From Acidobacteriota bacterium (GTDB taxonomy: Bacteria; Acidobacteriota; UBA890; WLXD01): a DNA stretch of 64,000 bases. This document shows, one piece after another, positions 43,547 through 53,007 of this stretch. The stretch's first letter is position 1. The number at the start of each line of letters is the position of its first letter. Where the stretch lies: positions 192,001 through 256,000 of the forward strand of contig CAXWPL010000003.1 of the NCBI GenBank assembly GCA_963666215.2, written 5' to 3'. The notes under the pieces were generated by a model, which saw nothing but the letters and a program-made list of their open reading frames with translations, ran no database searches and was not told the origin of the DNA. The position numbers were made by a program, and so were the translations under genes.

Positions 43547-43825
43547 CTACAGAATCATGTTGCGCTCACGCGCGAGCTTGGCCTTGATGACCTTGAACAT
43601 CTCGTGGTGTTCGACGTCGGCGCGGCGGATTTGTTCGGTGTGTTCCTGCATGATCTCGCGGACTTCGTCGTTGAGCTTGTCCTCGACGCGGAGCTCATCG
43701 GCGATGATCTGGTGCACGCGAGTCTCGGTGTCGAGGGAATCGGAAACCGAGATCAGCCCGACCTTACAAATGTCGTGTACGATCCGGAAGGCGATGACCT
43801 CGATCTGGTCTTGCGTCAGGCGCAT
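43547..43825 (-). CDS. DUF507-family protein (tandem paralog)
   Basis: DELRVEDKLNDEVREIM...EMFKVIKAKLARER. Confidence 0.75.
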   Translation of the reverse strand: MRLTQDQIEVIAFRIVHDICKVGLISVSDSLDTETRVHQIIADELRVEDKLNDEVREIMQEHTEQIRRADVEHHEMFKVIKAKLARERNMIL

Positions 43826-43950
43826 CGCTTCCCTCGACGACCGTAGGCTGCAGAACTCCCCCGCTTACCAGCGAAGTTCGTGCCCACAATCCTAGCACGC
43901 AGTCCACTGCCTCCTTTGTTGCACGCCCCCCGGCGACAAACACTGCCCGG

Positions 43951-45411
43951 CTAACGAATCTCGAGCTCCGTTTCGCGGACTCCGAGATCGCCTCCGGCGG
44001 TCAGTCGCAGCGTGAACGCACCCACCGCGTCCTCCGGAAAAACCGCCCGCACGATAAGGGGTCCGGCGACTGTGGAACCCCAGAGCGAGCTGTCCACTTG
44101 CAGTGCGATGACCTCGTGTAACGGGTTGATGAGCTCCACCGCAACAGATTCTGGATCGGGAGCGCCTCCGGGGCCCCAGGCGACGACAACGATCTCCTGG
44201 CCCGCTTCGAACTTCGCACTTGGCGGCGTCAATACCGCAACCTCGCCGCCCTCGTGCAAGCGGACGACTACGCTACCGACAATGGCCGGACCGAGCCCCG
44301 CCACCTCGGCAACATCTACCGAGCCCTGCCAGCTGCGCATCTTGCCGGAGAGCGGCTCGAACAGGCGCAAACTCGCGTCATAGGTGCCCGACGGAGCCGA
44401 GATCGCCACTGCCGTGTGCAAATCGCTCGTCGCCAGCTCTTGAAGCTCCTCTTCAGTCAGAGCAAGCAGCAGCTCTCGCGTGTCGGTCGCCCGCTGTCCA
44501 GCGGCGTTCACGAGCTCGGTCTCGAGCTGCAACTTGGCGACGAAAGCGCCGTCGATGGGCTCGAAAACCAGGTCACGCAGCCGCATCTGGATGGGCAACG
44601 TGATCGCGCCGCCGGATCCTTCGACTCCCCAGCCGTCGAGCGGAACGCTCAGCGGCTCCTCGGAAGTCACGATCTCGGTTACCGCCGTCGCCGACAACGC
44701 CGAGGGAGTCGCGCCGGCGCTGGCGTCGAACTCGGTGACCGGATCGAGCACCCACGCCTCGTTGGTGTACTCCATCGCGCGCCGCAGGTTCACTGGATAC
44801 GCACCGGGGCCCAGCATCGTCGGGTCGCAGACCTCGTACTGGCCGGGGCGAGGTTCGATGAAGTAAACGTTGAACTCGCCGTACCGCGCACGGAAGCTGA
44901 TGTTGTTCGTGAAGTAGACCCACGCCACCCCCGACGGCGAGCTGCAGCGACCGAAGTTCCTGAGCGACTGTGAGCGCATACTGCTCGGTCGGCCCAGGAT
45001 TACCCAGACGCGCCCGCGATCGGACTTCCAACCGCGAGGGAAACCGGCAAACCGACGATTGACGTCGGCGACTCGCTGATAGAACTCGGTGAGGAACGGG
45101 TTCTGCTCGTCGCGTGGGTCATCGTCACGACGATCCCAAAACCAGCGGATGAACGCGATGCGCTCCTCATCGGTCTCGAGCTTTTCCCAGATGTCCCTCT
45201 CCTCCTTGAGGATGATGTACTCGACCGGACCGCTGAGCCACTTGCGCAGCTCGACATCCTCCTCGAAACGCCTGATCGAGGCTTGCACCGTCTCGGGGAA
45301 CTCTTCCTGGGCCGCGGCGGTGCGCATACCGAACGGGAAACCCAGCGCCAGCGCCACTAAGCACGCCGAAAGACCGACCCGGCGTTCAGGGCTCGTCATC
45401 CATGGACTCAT
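43951..45411 (-). CDS. Secreted GWxTD-domain protein
   Basis: Signal peptide, WL..V.YII..EE, FWDRRD, NPFLTEFYQRV, GWKSDRGRVWVILGRP. Confidence 0.85.
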   Translation of the reverse strand: MSPWMTSPERRVGLSACLVALALGFPFGMRTAAAQEEFPETVQASIRRFEEDVELRKWLSGPVEYIILKEERDIWEKLETDEERIAFIRWFWDRRDDDPRDEQNPFLTEFYQRVADVNRRFAGFPRGWKSDRGRVWVILGRPSSMRSQSLRNFGRCSSPSGVAWVYFTNNISFRARYGEFNVYFIEPRPGQYEVCDPTMLGPGAYPVNLRRAMEYTNEAWVLDPVTEFDASAGATPSALSATAVTEIVTSEEPLSVPLDGWGVEGSGGAITLPIQMRLRDLVFEPIDGAFVAKLQLETELVNAAGQRATDTRELLLALTEEELQELATSDLHTAVAISAPSGTYDASLRLFEPLSGKMRSWQGSVDVAEVAGLGPAIVGSVVVRLHEGGEVAVLTPPSAKFEAGQEIVVVAWGPGGAPDPESVAVELINPLHEVIALQVDSSLWGSTVAGPLIVRAVFPEDAVGAFTLRLTAGGDLGVRETELEIR

Positions 45412-45704
45412 GTCGTTGCTCCTTGCTCACCTGCCAACGCTGAGAAGCCCGCTGGCCTCTGGCGCGGATCGCCACCATTAGCTACCGCGCTGCGGCGGGC
45501 CCATCATCGTGATTCCGGTGATTCTCTTGGACTCTCTACTGGGTTTCTTCGCATCGGGGCGTCAGAGGACACCTCAGGCGCTCGGATGCATTCTAGCAGC
45601 GGCGAAAAACCCACAGGCCGAGGAGCGTCCCGGCGGCGTACTCGCGCTCGCGCCGGGCACCGTCCCGCTTGCCGCCAGCCGGACAGGGTGTTACTAGGCG
45701 CGTT

Positions 45705-47057
45705 ATGGTTGCCGAGCGTTACGACCTTCCCGGTCCGGAAATCGAACCCCAAGCGATCGCGCTGCTCCAGCGCTTCGTCGCCGTCGCGAGCGTCTCGGCG
45801 CGTGGGGAGCTCCTCGAGGAAGGTGCACGAGCCGCGGCGGAGATCGCGGCCGCGTGCGGGTTCGAAACCGAAACCTGGCGTGGCGAGGGCGCACCGGTGG
45901 TGTTCGCAAGCGTGTCGGTGCCGAACGCCACCCGCACCGTGCTGTTCTACGGCCATTACGACGTTCAACCACCGGAGCCGCTCGAGCTGTGGAGCTCGCC
46001 GCCCTTCGAGGCGACGCTGCGCGACGGGGCGCTCTACGGCCGCGGGACTGCCGACAACAAGGGGCAACTGCTGGCCCATCTGCTCGCGGTCGGCTGGCTT
46101 CGCGATCGTGGCGAGCTTTGCGTCAACGTCAAGGTCCTCATCGAGGGCGAGGAGGAAATCGGTAGCCCGACGATCTCCGCCATAGCCGACAAGCACCGCG
46201 ACCAACTCCAGGCCGACCTGGCGATCACCGCGGATGGCCCCGTGCACGACGATGGGCGACCTGTCGTCATTTTTGGAGTCCGGGGCCTGCTCTACGTGGA
46301 GATCGAGACTCGAGGAGCCAACCGCGACCTCCACTCGGGCAACCGTGGCGGGCTCGCCCCCTCGCCGGCTTGGAACCTGGTGAATCTGCTGAGTGAGCTG
46401 CGTGAGCCTGGCGGCACCGTTCGGGTCCCAGGTTTCTACGACTGCGTGCGCCCACCGACGGACGACGAGCTCGCCATGATGGCTGCGTTACCGCTCGATC
46501 GCGCAGGCCTGTTGAAGGATCTTGGTGTGGAGCGGTTTCCTCGAGCTGAGCTCCATCCTTGGGAAACGCTGATGTTCGAGCCCACCTTCAATATTTGCGG
46601 GCTCTACAGCGGCTATGCCGGGCCAGGCGCCAAGACAGTCATCCCCCACCGCGCCGCCTGCAAGATCGACATGCGACTCGTTCCCGACCAGGACCCCGAC
46701 GAGATCTGGGAATTGCTGTGCGCCCGTGTCGAGAAGATCGATCCAAGCGCCCGACTGCGTCGCCTGGCGTCGGTCGCTCCCTCGTCAACACCTCCGAACA
46801 CCCCGCTGGCGAGCCTCGTCGTCGCGTCGGTTCGCGCGGCGACCAACCAGGAACCCTGGATGCGGCCACGCTTGGGAGGCACGACCCCCGACACCGTTTT
46901 CACTCGCGTTCTGGGGCTACCAAGCCTGTCGGTGCCCTACGCGTCGCCCGACATGAACAATCACGCTCCCAACGAGAAGATGACGCTCGAAGCGCTGAGG
47001 CGCGGAATCCGCTGCTCGGCGGCAATCTGTCGCGAGCTAGGCTTCTCTCGCTCGTGA
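45705..47057 (+). CDS. M20 family metallopeptidase
   Basis: GHYDVQP, GRGTADNKGQ, EGEEEIGS, DLHSG, NHAPNE. Confidence 0.92.
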   Translation: MVAERYDLPGPEIEPQAIALLQRFVAVASVSARGELLEEGARAAAEIAAACGFETETWRGEGAPVVFASVSVPNATRTVLFYGHYDVQPPEPLELWSSPPFEATLRDGALYGRGTADNKGQLLAHLLAVGWLRDRGELCVNVKVLIEGEEEIGSPTISAIADKHRDQLQADLAITADGPVHDDGRPVVIFGVRGLLYVEIETRGANRDLHSGNRGGLAPSPAWNLVNLLSELREPGGTVRVPGFYDCVRPPTDDELAMMAALPLDRAGLLKDLGVERFPRAELHPWETLMFEPTFNICGLYSGYAGPGAKTVIPHRAACKIDMRLVPDQDPDEIWELLCARVEKIDPSARLRRLASVAPSSTPPNTPLASLVVASVRAATNQEPWMRPRLGGTTPDTVFTRVLGLPSLSVPYASPDMNNHAPNEKMTLEALRRGIRCSAAICRELGFSRS

Positions 47058-47093
47058 ATCGTTACGCTTGACGCTGCAGCTGATTGCGGTCGA

Positions 47094-49499
47094 CTAGTTG
47101 CCGCAAAATGGCGTGATGTCGGGCTGAAAAGAAGACCCGAGGCTCCCTCCTTGCACCGCAACAAGCGTTGCGGCCGCACAGGCCCCCTGCCTCAGACCTG
47201 ACAGCGGCGACCCTTCGGTGGCGCCCATCGAGAGCAAGCTGCGAAACGCCTGATGTAGCCCCCGCACACCACTCAACACCGAGGCCAATCGGCGATCGTC
47301 GCGCGCCTCGAACAGCGCAACCTGGCCCTGCGAAGGCGTTCCATCGGCGTACACCCATCCCGACGGCGTGCCGCCGCCAGCGGGTATCGCCCACCAGGCA
47401 TGGGCCGCCTGCCGCGACTCGGCGCCGGAGCCGAGTCGACTCGCGACCTCTCCCTCACCCCTCTCCCCCTCAACGGCTGGGATGAACGCCGGCCGCTCTG
47501 CACCCCCCGTAGGCATGACAGCTGGCCCGACAATCGTGGCTCCCGCGTCGAGTTGCCCCTGCGCCGCGCTACGCGCCGTGACGGGCCACCCAACGAAGGA
47601 ACTGCCGTCGGCACTCCCGTCGTCGGCGCCCCACTCGCGCCACCGGGTTCGCCCGTTGACGGCCGCCCGCAAGGTGGTGTCGAATGCCGTGACCGGCACC
47701 TCAGAGGCCAGGCGGTTCAAGATCTGACTCAGCACCGCCAACCGCACCAGGCCGTAGCCCGCATGGACGGCCGAGGCCATGCCGCTGTCGCGATCTACCA
47801 CCACGTCGTCGACCAGCCAGACTTGGGCTCGCCCGAGGGTTTCGCTCTGCGGCGGTCTCCACGCGACGCCCGCAAGCGCCGTGCCACGCCGCGCCAAGCC
47901 CGCAACCTGCCGCAGTTCCCTCAGGGCCGCCAGCGCCAGCAAGGCCAGTACCTCTGGCCCCGACCGATCGAAGTCGCCAGCGGCGCGCAAGGCGGCGAGA
48001 TGCAGCCCGAGGCCCGGGTGCGGCCCCGCGACTCCGCTGGTTGTCTGTGAGCCCGTCGTCATCGAGTCGCTGGCTGCGGCCGGACCCGCCCCCTCCGTAA
48101 GGCCGTCACGATCGCGGGAGCTGTAGTCCTCCAGAATACGGCCCTCGACCACCGCGAGGCGATTCAGGCTCTCGTACAAACCGGCGAGCCGGTCGGCGAG
48201 GACGGGCCGATGGCTGTCGCCCACACCCAACACCACAACCGCGCTGGAACGGGTGCCTGGTGGCAGTGTGAGAGTCAGTGCGGTCGAACCCCCGTTGACG
48301 TTCCTCACCTCCACTCGCAGCTCAATGAGCGCGGGCTCTGCACCGGCGTTGCCGGGAGAAGCGAGTATGCGGTCCGTCGAATCCTGATCCGGATCGCCTG
48401 CCACCGCTTGCGACCGTGACGGCGTGTCTGTGCTCGAGGCGCCCGACGGGGCCGGAGGAACGGCTGAGCCTTGTGAGCTCTCTCGAGCGCTTCGAGGGAT
48501 TTCCACAACCTCGTCGCCGACGGTCAGCGTCAACGCGACAGAGTCGGCGTATTCGGGCAACGCCTCGACCAGCTGTTCTTGGCTCAAATCGAGGTCGTCC
48601 AAGGTCTCGTCGTCTGCCGTTCGCCTGGAAGCGGCGCGACTGGCCCGCGCCGCTTGCGCCGCCTCCAGCACCCCCTCTGACCCGGGCACGAAGCTCAGGC
48701 GCACACCACCGCGGACAGCCGCGGCGACGCTGGTCTCGATGCGAGCCAGCGTACGATTCTCCGCCATCACCGTCGCCGTGAGCCGTGCGGCACCACCGGG
48801 CTCTATACGCTCAGCCGCGCCTGCCGATCCGGTCGCTTGCCGAGCTGGCCGCGATGTCGGCCCGCCACCTTCCTCGGTAGTCATGTCGTACGACGGATCA
48901 ATATCTACCCAACTGCCACGTCGGCGAACCTGCACCCAGTAGTGGTCGGAAGTCATCTCCACCCAACGAACCCAGGGATCACCGGGTGAGTAGCTTGCCG
49001 GCGGGCTTCCGCCCACCAACCGGGCGGCGCTGGCCCAATCGAGGCGACCCGACACAACTCGTGCCTCCTGGCCGCGCAGCCGATAGAGCTCGCTGAGCAG
49101 TAGCGCGCGATCGAGCGAATTTCCACTGCCGGCCAGGAGCGTACCCGCCGCGCCGTAGCGGCTTCCGAAGTACGGCTCGAAGTCGATCGCCGCACGCACG
49201 TATCGCAGCGGCGCGTCCTGCCCGGGCCCAAGAGCTGCGCCAGCCGCGGCGAGCGAAAACCGCTCGGTACTCGAAGCGGGGACCGCGACACCCCGGAGCA
49301 CCGTGTCGACGTCGACGCGCTCGAAGAAGGAGCGCATGACGATTTGAAGCTCGTCCGACCAGTCGACCGTAGGCTCTTGACGACCGCGAGCAACGCCAGA
49401 CTGCTGGCTCGATGCAGAGGGAACCTGGCCGAAGATAAGGGCCACAGCGAGCACGGGCAACGCGGCTCGAGCGTGCCGGGACACAGCCAAAGTCAACAT
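47094..49499 (-). CDS. Secreted protein with transglutaminase-like domain
   Basis: Signal peptide, FEPYFGSRYGAAGTLLAGSGNSLDRALLL...DHYWVQV...WVDIDP. The remainder is unrecognised. Confidence 0.65.
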   Translation of the reverse strand: MLTLAVSRHARAALPVLAVALIFGQVPSASSQQSGVARGRQEPTVDWSDELQIVMRSFFERVDVDTVLRGVAVPASSTERFSLAAAGAALGPGQDAPLRYVRAAIDFEPYFGSRYGAAGTLLAGSGNSLDRALLLSELYRLRGQEARVVSGRLDWASAARLVGGSPPASYSPGDPWVRWVEMTSDHYWVQVRRRGSWVDIDPSYDMTTEEGGGPTSRPARQATGSAGAAERIEPGGAARLTATVMAENRTLARIETSVAAAVRGGVRLSFVPGSEGVLEAAQAARASRAASRRTADDETLDDLDLSQEQLVEALPEYADSVALTLTVGDEVVEIPRSARESSQGSAVPPAPSGASSTDTPSRSQAVAGDPDQDSTDRILASPGNAGAEPALIELRVEVRNVNGGSTALTLTLPPGTRSSAVVVLGVGDSHRPVLADRLAGLYESLNRLAVVEGRILEDYSSRDRDGLTEGAGPAAASDSMTTGSQTTSGVAGPHPGLGLHLAALRAAGDFDRSGPEVLALLALAALRELRQVAGLARRGTALAGVAWRPPQSETLGRAQVWLVDDVVVDRDSGMASAVHAGYGLVRLAVLSQILNRLASEVPVTAFDTTLRAAVNGRTRWREWGADDGSADGSSFVGWPVTARSAAQGQLDAGATIVGPAVMPTGGAERPAFIPAVEGERGEGEVASRLGSGAESRQAAHAWWAIPAGGGTPSGWVYADGTPSQGQVALFEARDDRRLASVLSGVRGLHQAFRSLLSMGATEGSPLSGLRQGACAAATLVAVQGGSLGSSFQPDITPFCGN

Positions 49500-49753
49500 G
49501 CGCAGCACATTAGAGGCGGTCCGGAGGGGTGTCAAACCACGGCGCGAGTCCCTCGCAACGCACGCCAAAGGCGCCCGTGACGCAAACAGGCCGGCGGCAA
49601 AGCACCTCCCCTCGCGTGGAGGGCCTCGAGGCGTTCACGACAGTGGTCGCTGGTAGACTCTGGCATCGTCGCACCAGTTTCTCAGTGTCCCGGGGCGCAC
49701 CCCGCCATCGGCGGATATCGAAGCGGAACCGGAATCGCGGAAGGTGATCGTTT

Positions 49754-51439
49754 GTGTTCAAGACCGTGATCAGGACCGCCGCGACAAACACCCGCGGATC
49801 TTTCGGCGCCTGGGCCGCTCTCTCGGCGGCGGTCATCGTGAGCTGCGCGGCACCGCCCGCGCAGGGTCCGGACCTGATTCTCACCGAGGGACAAATCTAC
49901 GTCGACGGCAGCCGCAGTTCGCGAGTCGAGGCCATCGCGATCTCCGGCTCGACCATCGTCGCAACCGGCTCCACCGAGCAGATCCGTGCCCTCGCCGCCG
50001 ACACCACGCAGGAGATGCTGCTCGAGGATGCCGCGGTGTTGCCCGGCTTCTACGATGCGTGGCTCGATCTCGAGGCGCTGGGGCGCTGGGGCGAAGGCCT
50101 AAACCTATCGACAAGCTCCACTCTGCGCGAGGTACAGACACGGCTGCGAGCGAGCAGCGCCGGACGCGGCGACAACCCGAGCGCATGGATTGTGGGCTGG
50201 GGTTGGGACGAGACACGCTGGGCTCAATCACGGCTGCCCACTGCGGCTGATCTCGACGCCGTAGAGCAACAACGGCCGGTGCTGTTGTACCGCCGGTCCG
50301 GCCGAGTTGGCTGGCTCAACAGCGCGGCGCTGCGACAGGCGGGGCTGGCCGACGACACTGCTGACACTGGAGATTCCGACGGAGGCCTACCTCTCGGATT
50401 GGTTGGCAACGAGAAGCTCGCTGCTGTAGAGAGCCGTCTTCCCGCAATCGACGACTCCGTACGCCGAGGCTGGATCATCGCGGGGCTGCAGGTTGCTGCC
50501 GCGGCCGGCCTGACTCACGTGGCGACCGCACCGGTAGGCCCACAAGTAGCAGCGCTGTACGCCGCGATCGATCGCGAAGACGAGCTGCCACTTCGCGTCG
50601 ACCTGCGCCGCGAGATACGCAGCAAGGGCGGCACCGTACGTCCAGCAACGCCTCCTCTGGCCAGTCTGAGGCTACGCAACGGTGGACTGGGTGTTGTCCT
50701 CGACGGTCCCTTTTCACCTCCACTCGCGGCCCTCGAGAGACCCTACGCGAACGCAACCGGGAGCGGCCGGCTGCTCGTGCAACGCGAGGAGGTGGCAGCG
50801 ATCTGCGCGGCGCTCGCAGACGGCACTTCAATCGCCTTCGTCGCCCACGGCGACCTGGCAGTGGAAACGGCGCTGGCCTGCGATGTCGACTCGGGTCGCC
50901 GCCTCATTGTGGGGGCCGATCTGCTACCGGCGACGCTTCTTCAAGCGCCGGGGATTCAAGCCTTCGAGCCGCGCATCGCGGTGGTACCCCACCGTCTGGC
51001 GCACGATCTCTACTGGCTGCAGGCTCGAATCGGGGACGAACGCGCCAAGTACGCCCACGCGTATGCGCGACTCGGCGAGCGCAACGGTCTGGCCGCGCTC
51101 GCCTCGATTGCGCCCGACTACCCGGTAGCGCCGATGGCCGCTCTGCATGTCACCCTTACGCGTCAGGACAACGACGGCTATCCACTCGACGGTTGGCATC
51201 CGGAGCAACGACTGTCTTTGCAGCACGCCCTCACGGCTGCCATCGCTGCCGGTCACGAGGGGCGAAGCGGCGTGCTCGAGCCCGGCGCGCCGGCCGACCT
51301 CGTTGTGTGGTCGGAGGACCCTTACCTTGGCGACCTCGGCTCACTTCTACGAGCCCGCGCGCTGCTGACCATGGTGGCAGGAAGAGTCGTCTACTCGCGC
51401 CCGCTGGTGGAGGCCAACTTCGACGCGATTCGCCGATAG
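49754..51439 (+). CDS. Amidohydrolase-3 (YtcJ-like) lipoprotein lacking metal ligands
   Basis: Lipobox IVSC, EAIAI, WIVGWGWDE, WLNSAAL, GWHPEQRLS, LEPGAPADLVV, TMVAGRVVY. Confidence 0.8.
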   Translation: MFKTVIRTAATNTRGSFGAWAALSAAVIVSCAAPPAQGPDLILTEGQIYVDGSRSSRVEAIAISGSTIVATGSTEQIRALAADTTQEMLLEDAAVLPGFYDAWLDLEALGRWGEGLNLSTSSTLREVQTRLRASSAGRGDNPSAWIVGWGWDETRWAQSRLPTAADLDAVEQQRPVLLYRRSGRVGWLNSAALRQAGLADDTADTGDSDGGLPLGLVGNEKLAAVESRLPAIDDSVRRGWIIAGLQVAAAAGLTHVATAPVGPQVAALYAAIDREDELPLRVDLRREIRSKGGTVRPATPPLASLRLRNGGLGVVLDGPFSPPLAALERPYANATGSGRLLVQREEVAAICAALADGTSIAFVAHGDLAVETALACDVDSGRRLIVGADLLPATLLQAPGIQAFEPRIAVVPHRLAHDLYWLQARIGDERAKYAHAYARLGERNGLAALASIAPDYPVAPMAALHVTLTRQDNDGYPLDGWHPEQRLSLQHALTAAIAAGHEGRSGVLEPGAPADLVVWSEDPYLGDLGSLLRARALLTMVAGRVVYSRPLVEANFDAIRR

Positions 51440-51559
51440 CGCCCCTTCCACGTCATAGCAGCGGCACGCCAAGACGGCGGCCGAACGGTTGTTTGGTGCT
51501 GCGCAAGCCACGACTGAGACCTGTGTCCGTGGTTAGCTATGCGGTAGCTTCTGCAAACC

Positions 51560-51588
51560 TTGACAAGCGCTGGCGCCTTCCATAGCGT
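51560..51588 (+). promoter_or_regulatory. Putative sigma70 promoter
   Basis: TTGACA-N17-TAGCGT upstream of the lipoprotein-lipoprotein-acs run. Confidence 0.55.
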
Positions 51589-51653
51589 CAGCCCGTCCGC
51601 GGCGGTGGCGGTGCTCCCATACGCCTACCCACAGCCGCCCCTAGGAACGTCTC

Positions 51654-52166
51654 GTGCGAAGACCGCGATCCGGCGGCGTGCGTGCCGACTACCGACGCGT
51701 CGCCGCGAGCTTGCTGACACTGCCGGCGGCGCTTCTCGCGGTGGCGTGCGCCTCGGGCGACAGTCCGGAAATCGTCGCGATCGAGTTTCTGCGAGCCACG
51801 CGTACCGCAGAGTCTGATCGGGCAATCGACAAGATCGATTTGGAGGAGCTCTCGACTCGAGTCAGTGATTTGATCTTCGTGGTCCAAGAGGGCATCGATT
51901 CCGACAAGTTCATGCGCGATTCGATTGAGACGCTCGTGTGGGGATTGTTCCAGGAAACCCCCCGCCAAGAGTTCGTTTACGACGCCGTGCCGGGAGACAA
52001 CGACGGTGAGCGCGCGACATCGATCATCACCATGACCTCGGCCGACGGAACCAGTCGCACCTCCACCGTTCACCTGCGATTCACCACGCGTGGTTGGAAA
52101 GTATCCGGCAAGAGTCTCGATGACCTTGTCAACTATGTCGTACAGCGTCTGGAGGAGCGCTATTGA
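51654..52166 (+). CDS. Hypothetical lipoprotein (possibly NTF2-like)
   Basis: Lipobox AVAC, SPE..A..FL and C-terminal GWKV. Start uncertain. Confidence 0.7.
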   Translation: MRRPRSGGVRADYRRVAASLLTLPAALLAVACASGDSPEIVAIEFLRATRTAESDRAIDKIDLEELSTRVSDLIFVVQEGIDSDKFMRDSIETLVWGLFQETPRQEFVYDAVPGDNDGERATSIITMTSADGTSRTSTVHLRFTTRGWKVSGKSLDDLVNYVVQRLEERY

Positions 52167-52245
52167 GCTCTCCTCTCGCCTCCCCCCGCCGGCCGCACGG
52201 AATCCCGAGCCTCTGCGCGCCGGCCGCCAGGCAAGGAGCATCGCC

Positions 52246-52980
52246 ATGATTCGACGCACACTCGCCACCCTCCTTTTGGTCGCCACAGCCGCCTGCGGTT
52301 CGGCAACCGATGCCGCTGTTAACGAAGTGATTGAACAGGTGCGGCTCGGCGACCCTCTCGCCCAGCGTAACTATGCTGAGAACAAGGAGTTGCTGGAGTC
52401 GGCCGAGGCGGTGCCGCGTTGGGTCGACGCGCTGGCTACTCACGAGAGCCCCGCGGTGCAGAAGTGGGCCGCCCAAATGCTGGGCAACATCAAGGATCCA
52501 ACAACAATCGCCGCGCTGACATCCGCACTGGGATCCTCGCGCGAGGTGCGTGATGCCGCCGCGGCGGCAATCGGCGGGTTCTCCGAGGAGGAGGCCATCG
52601 ATGCCTACATCGCCGCCGTCGAATCCGACGACCGCGACGCACAGACCACCGCGCTGTCGCTCATCAGCCGCCTACCGCTGCCGGCGGCGGTACCGGCAGT
52701 CGCCGGTTTGGCGCGTGCCGGCGGGCTTGTTGGCAAGCAGGCCATCAACACGCTCGGCGACATCGGCGACGCCACCGCGGCCGAGCAACTCGCTCAGATT
52801 GCACTCGACGGCGCCCTGGAAGGCGACGTCCGCGCCGCCGCGCTGCAGACCCTCGGTCGCATCGAAGGCGACGCCGCCAGCGGACAGCTCGACAGCCTCG
52901 TCGAATCGCTCGACGCCGCCAGCGATGAAGCGTCGGCGGAGCTACTCGAAACCGCCCGCGGGCTCCAGGGCTCCCGCTAG
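52246..52980 (+). CDS. HEAT-repeat lipoprotein
   Basis: AAGGAG RBS, MIRRTLATLLLVATAAC lipobox, repeats VRDAAAAAIG and VRAAALQTLGRI. Confidence 0.8.
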   Translation: MIRRTLATLLLVATAACGSATDAAVNEVIEQVRLGDPLAQRNYAENKELLESAEAVPRWVDALATHESPAVQKWAAQMLGNIKDPTTIAALTSALGSSREVRDAAAAAIGGFSEEEAIDAYIAAVESDDRDAQTTALSLISRLPLPAAVPAVAGLARAGGLVGKQAINTLGDIGDATAAEQLAQIALDGALEGDVRAAALQTLGRIEGDAASGQLDSLVESLDAASDEASAELLETARGLQGSR

Positions 52981-53007
52981 CCACGAATCTGTGCGGGGAG
53001 TGGGACG

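Noticed and set aside
45481-45700. Structured RNA between the GWxTD and M20 genes (GGGTTTCTTCGC...GCGAAAAACCC)
   Set aside because: A single imperfect stem with no family motif; insufficient support
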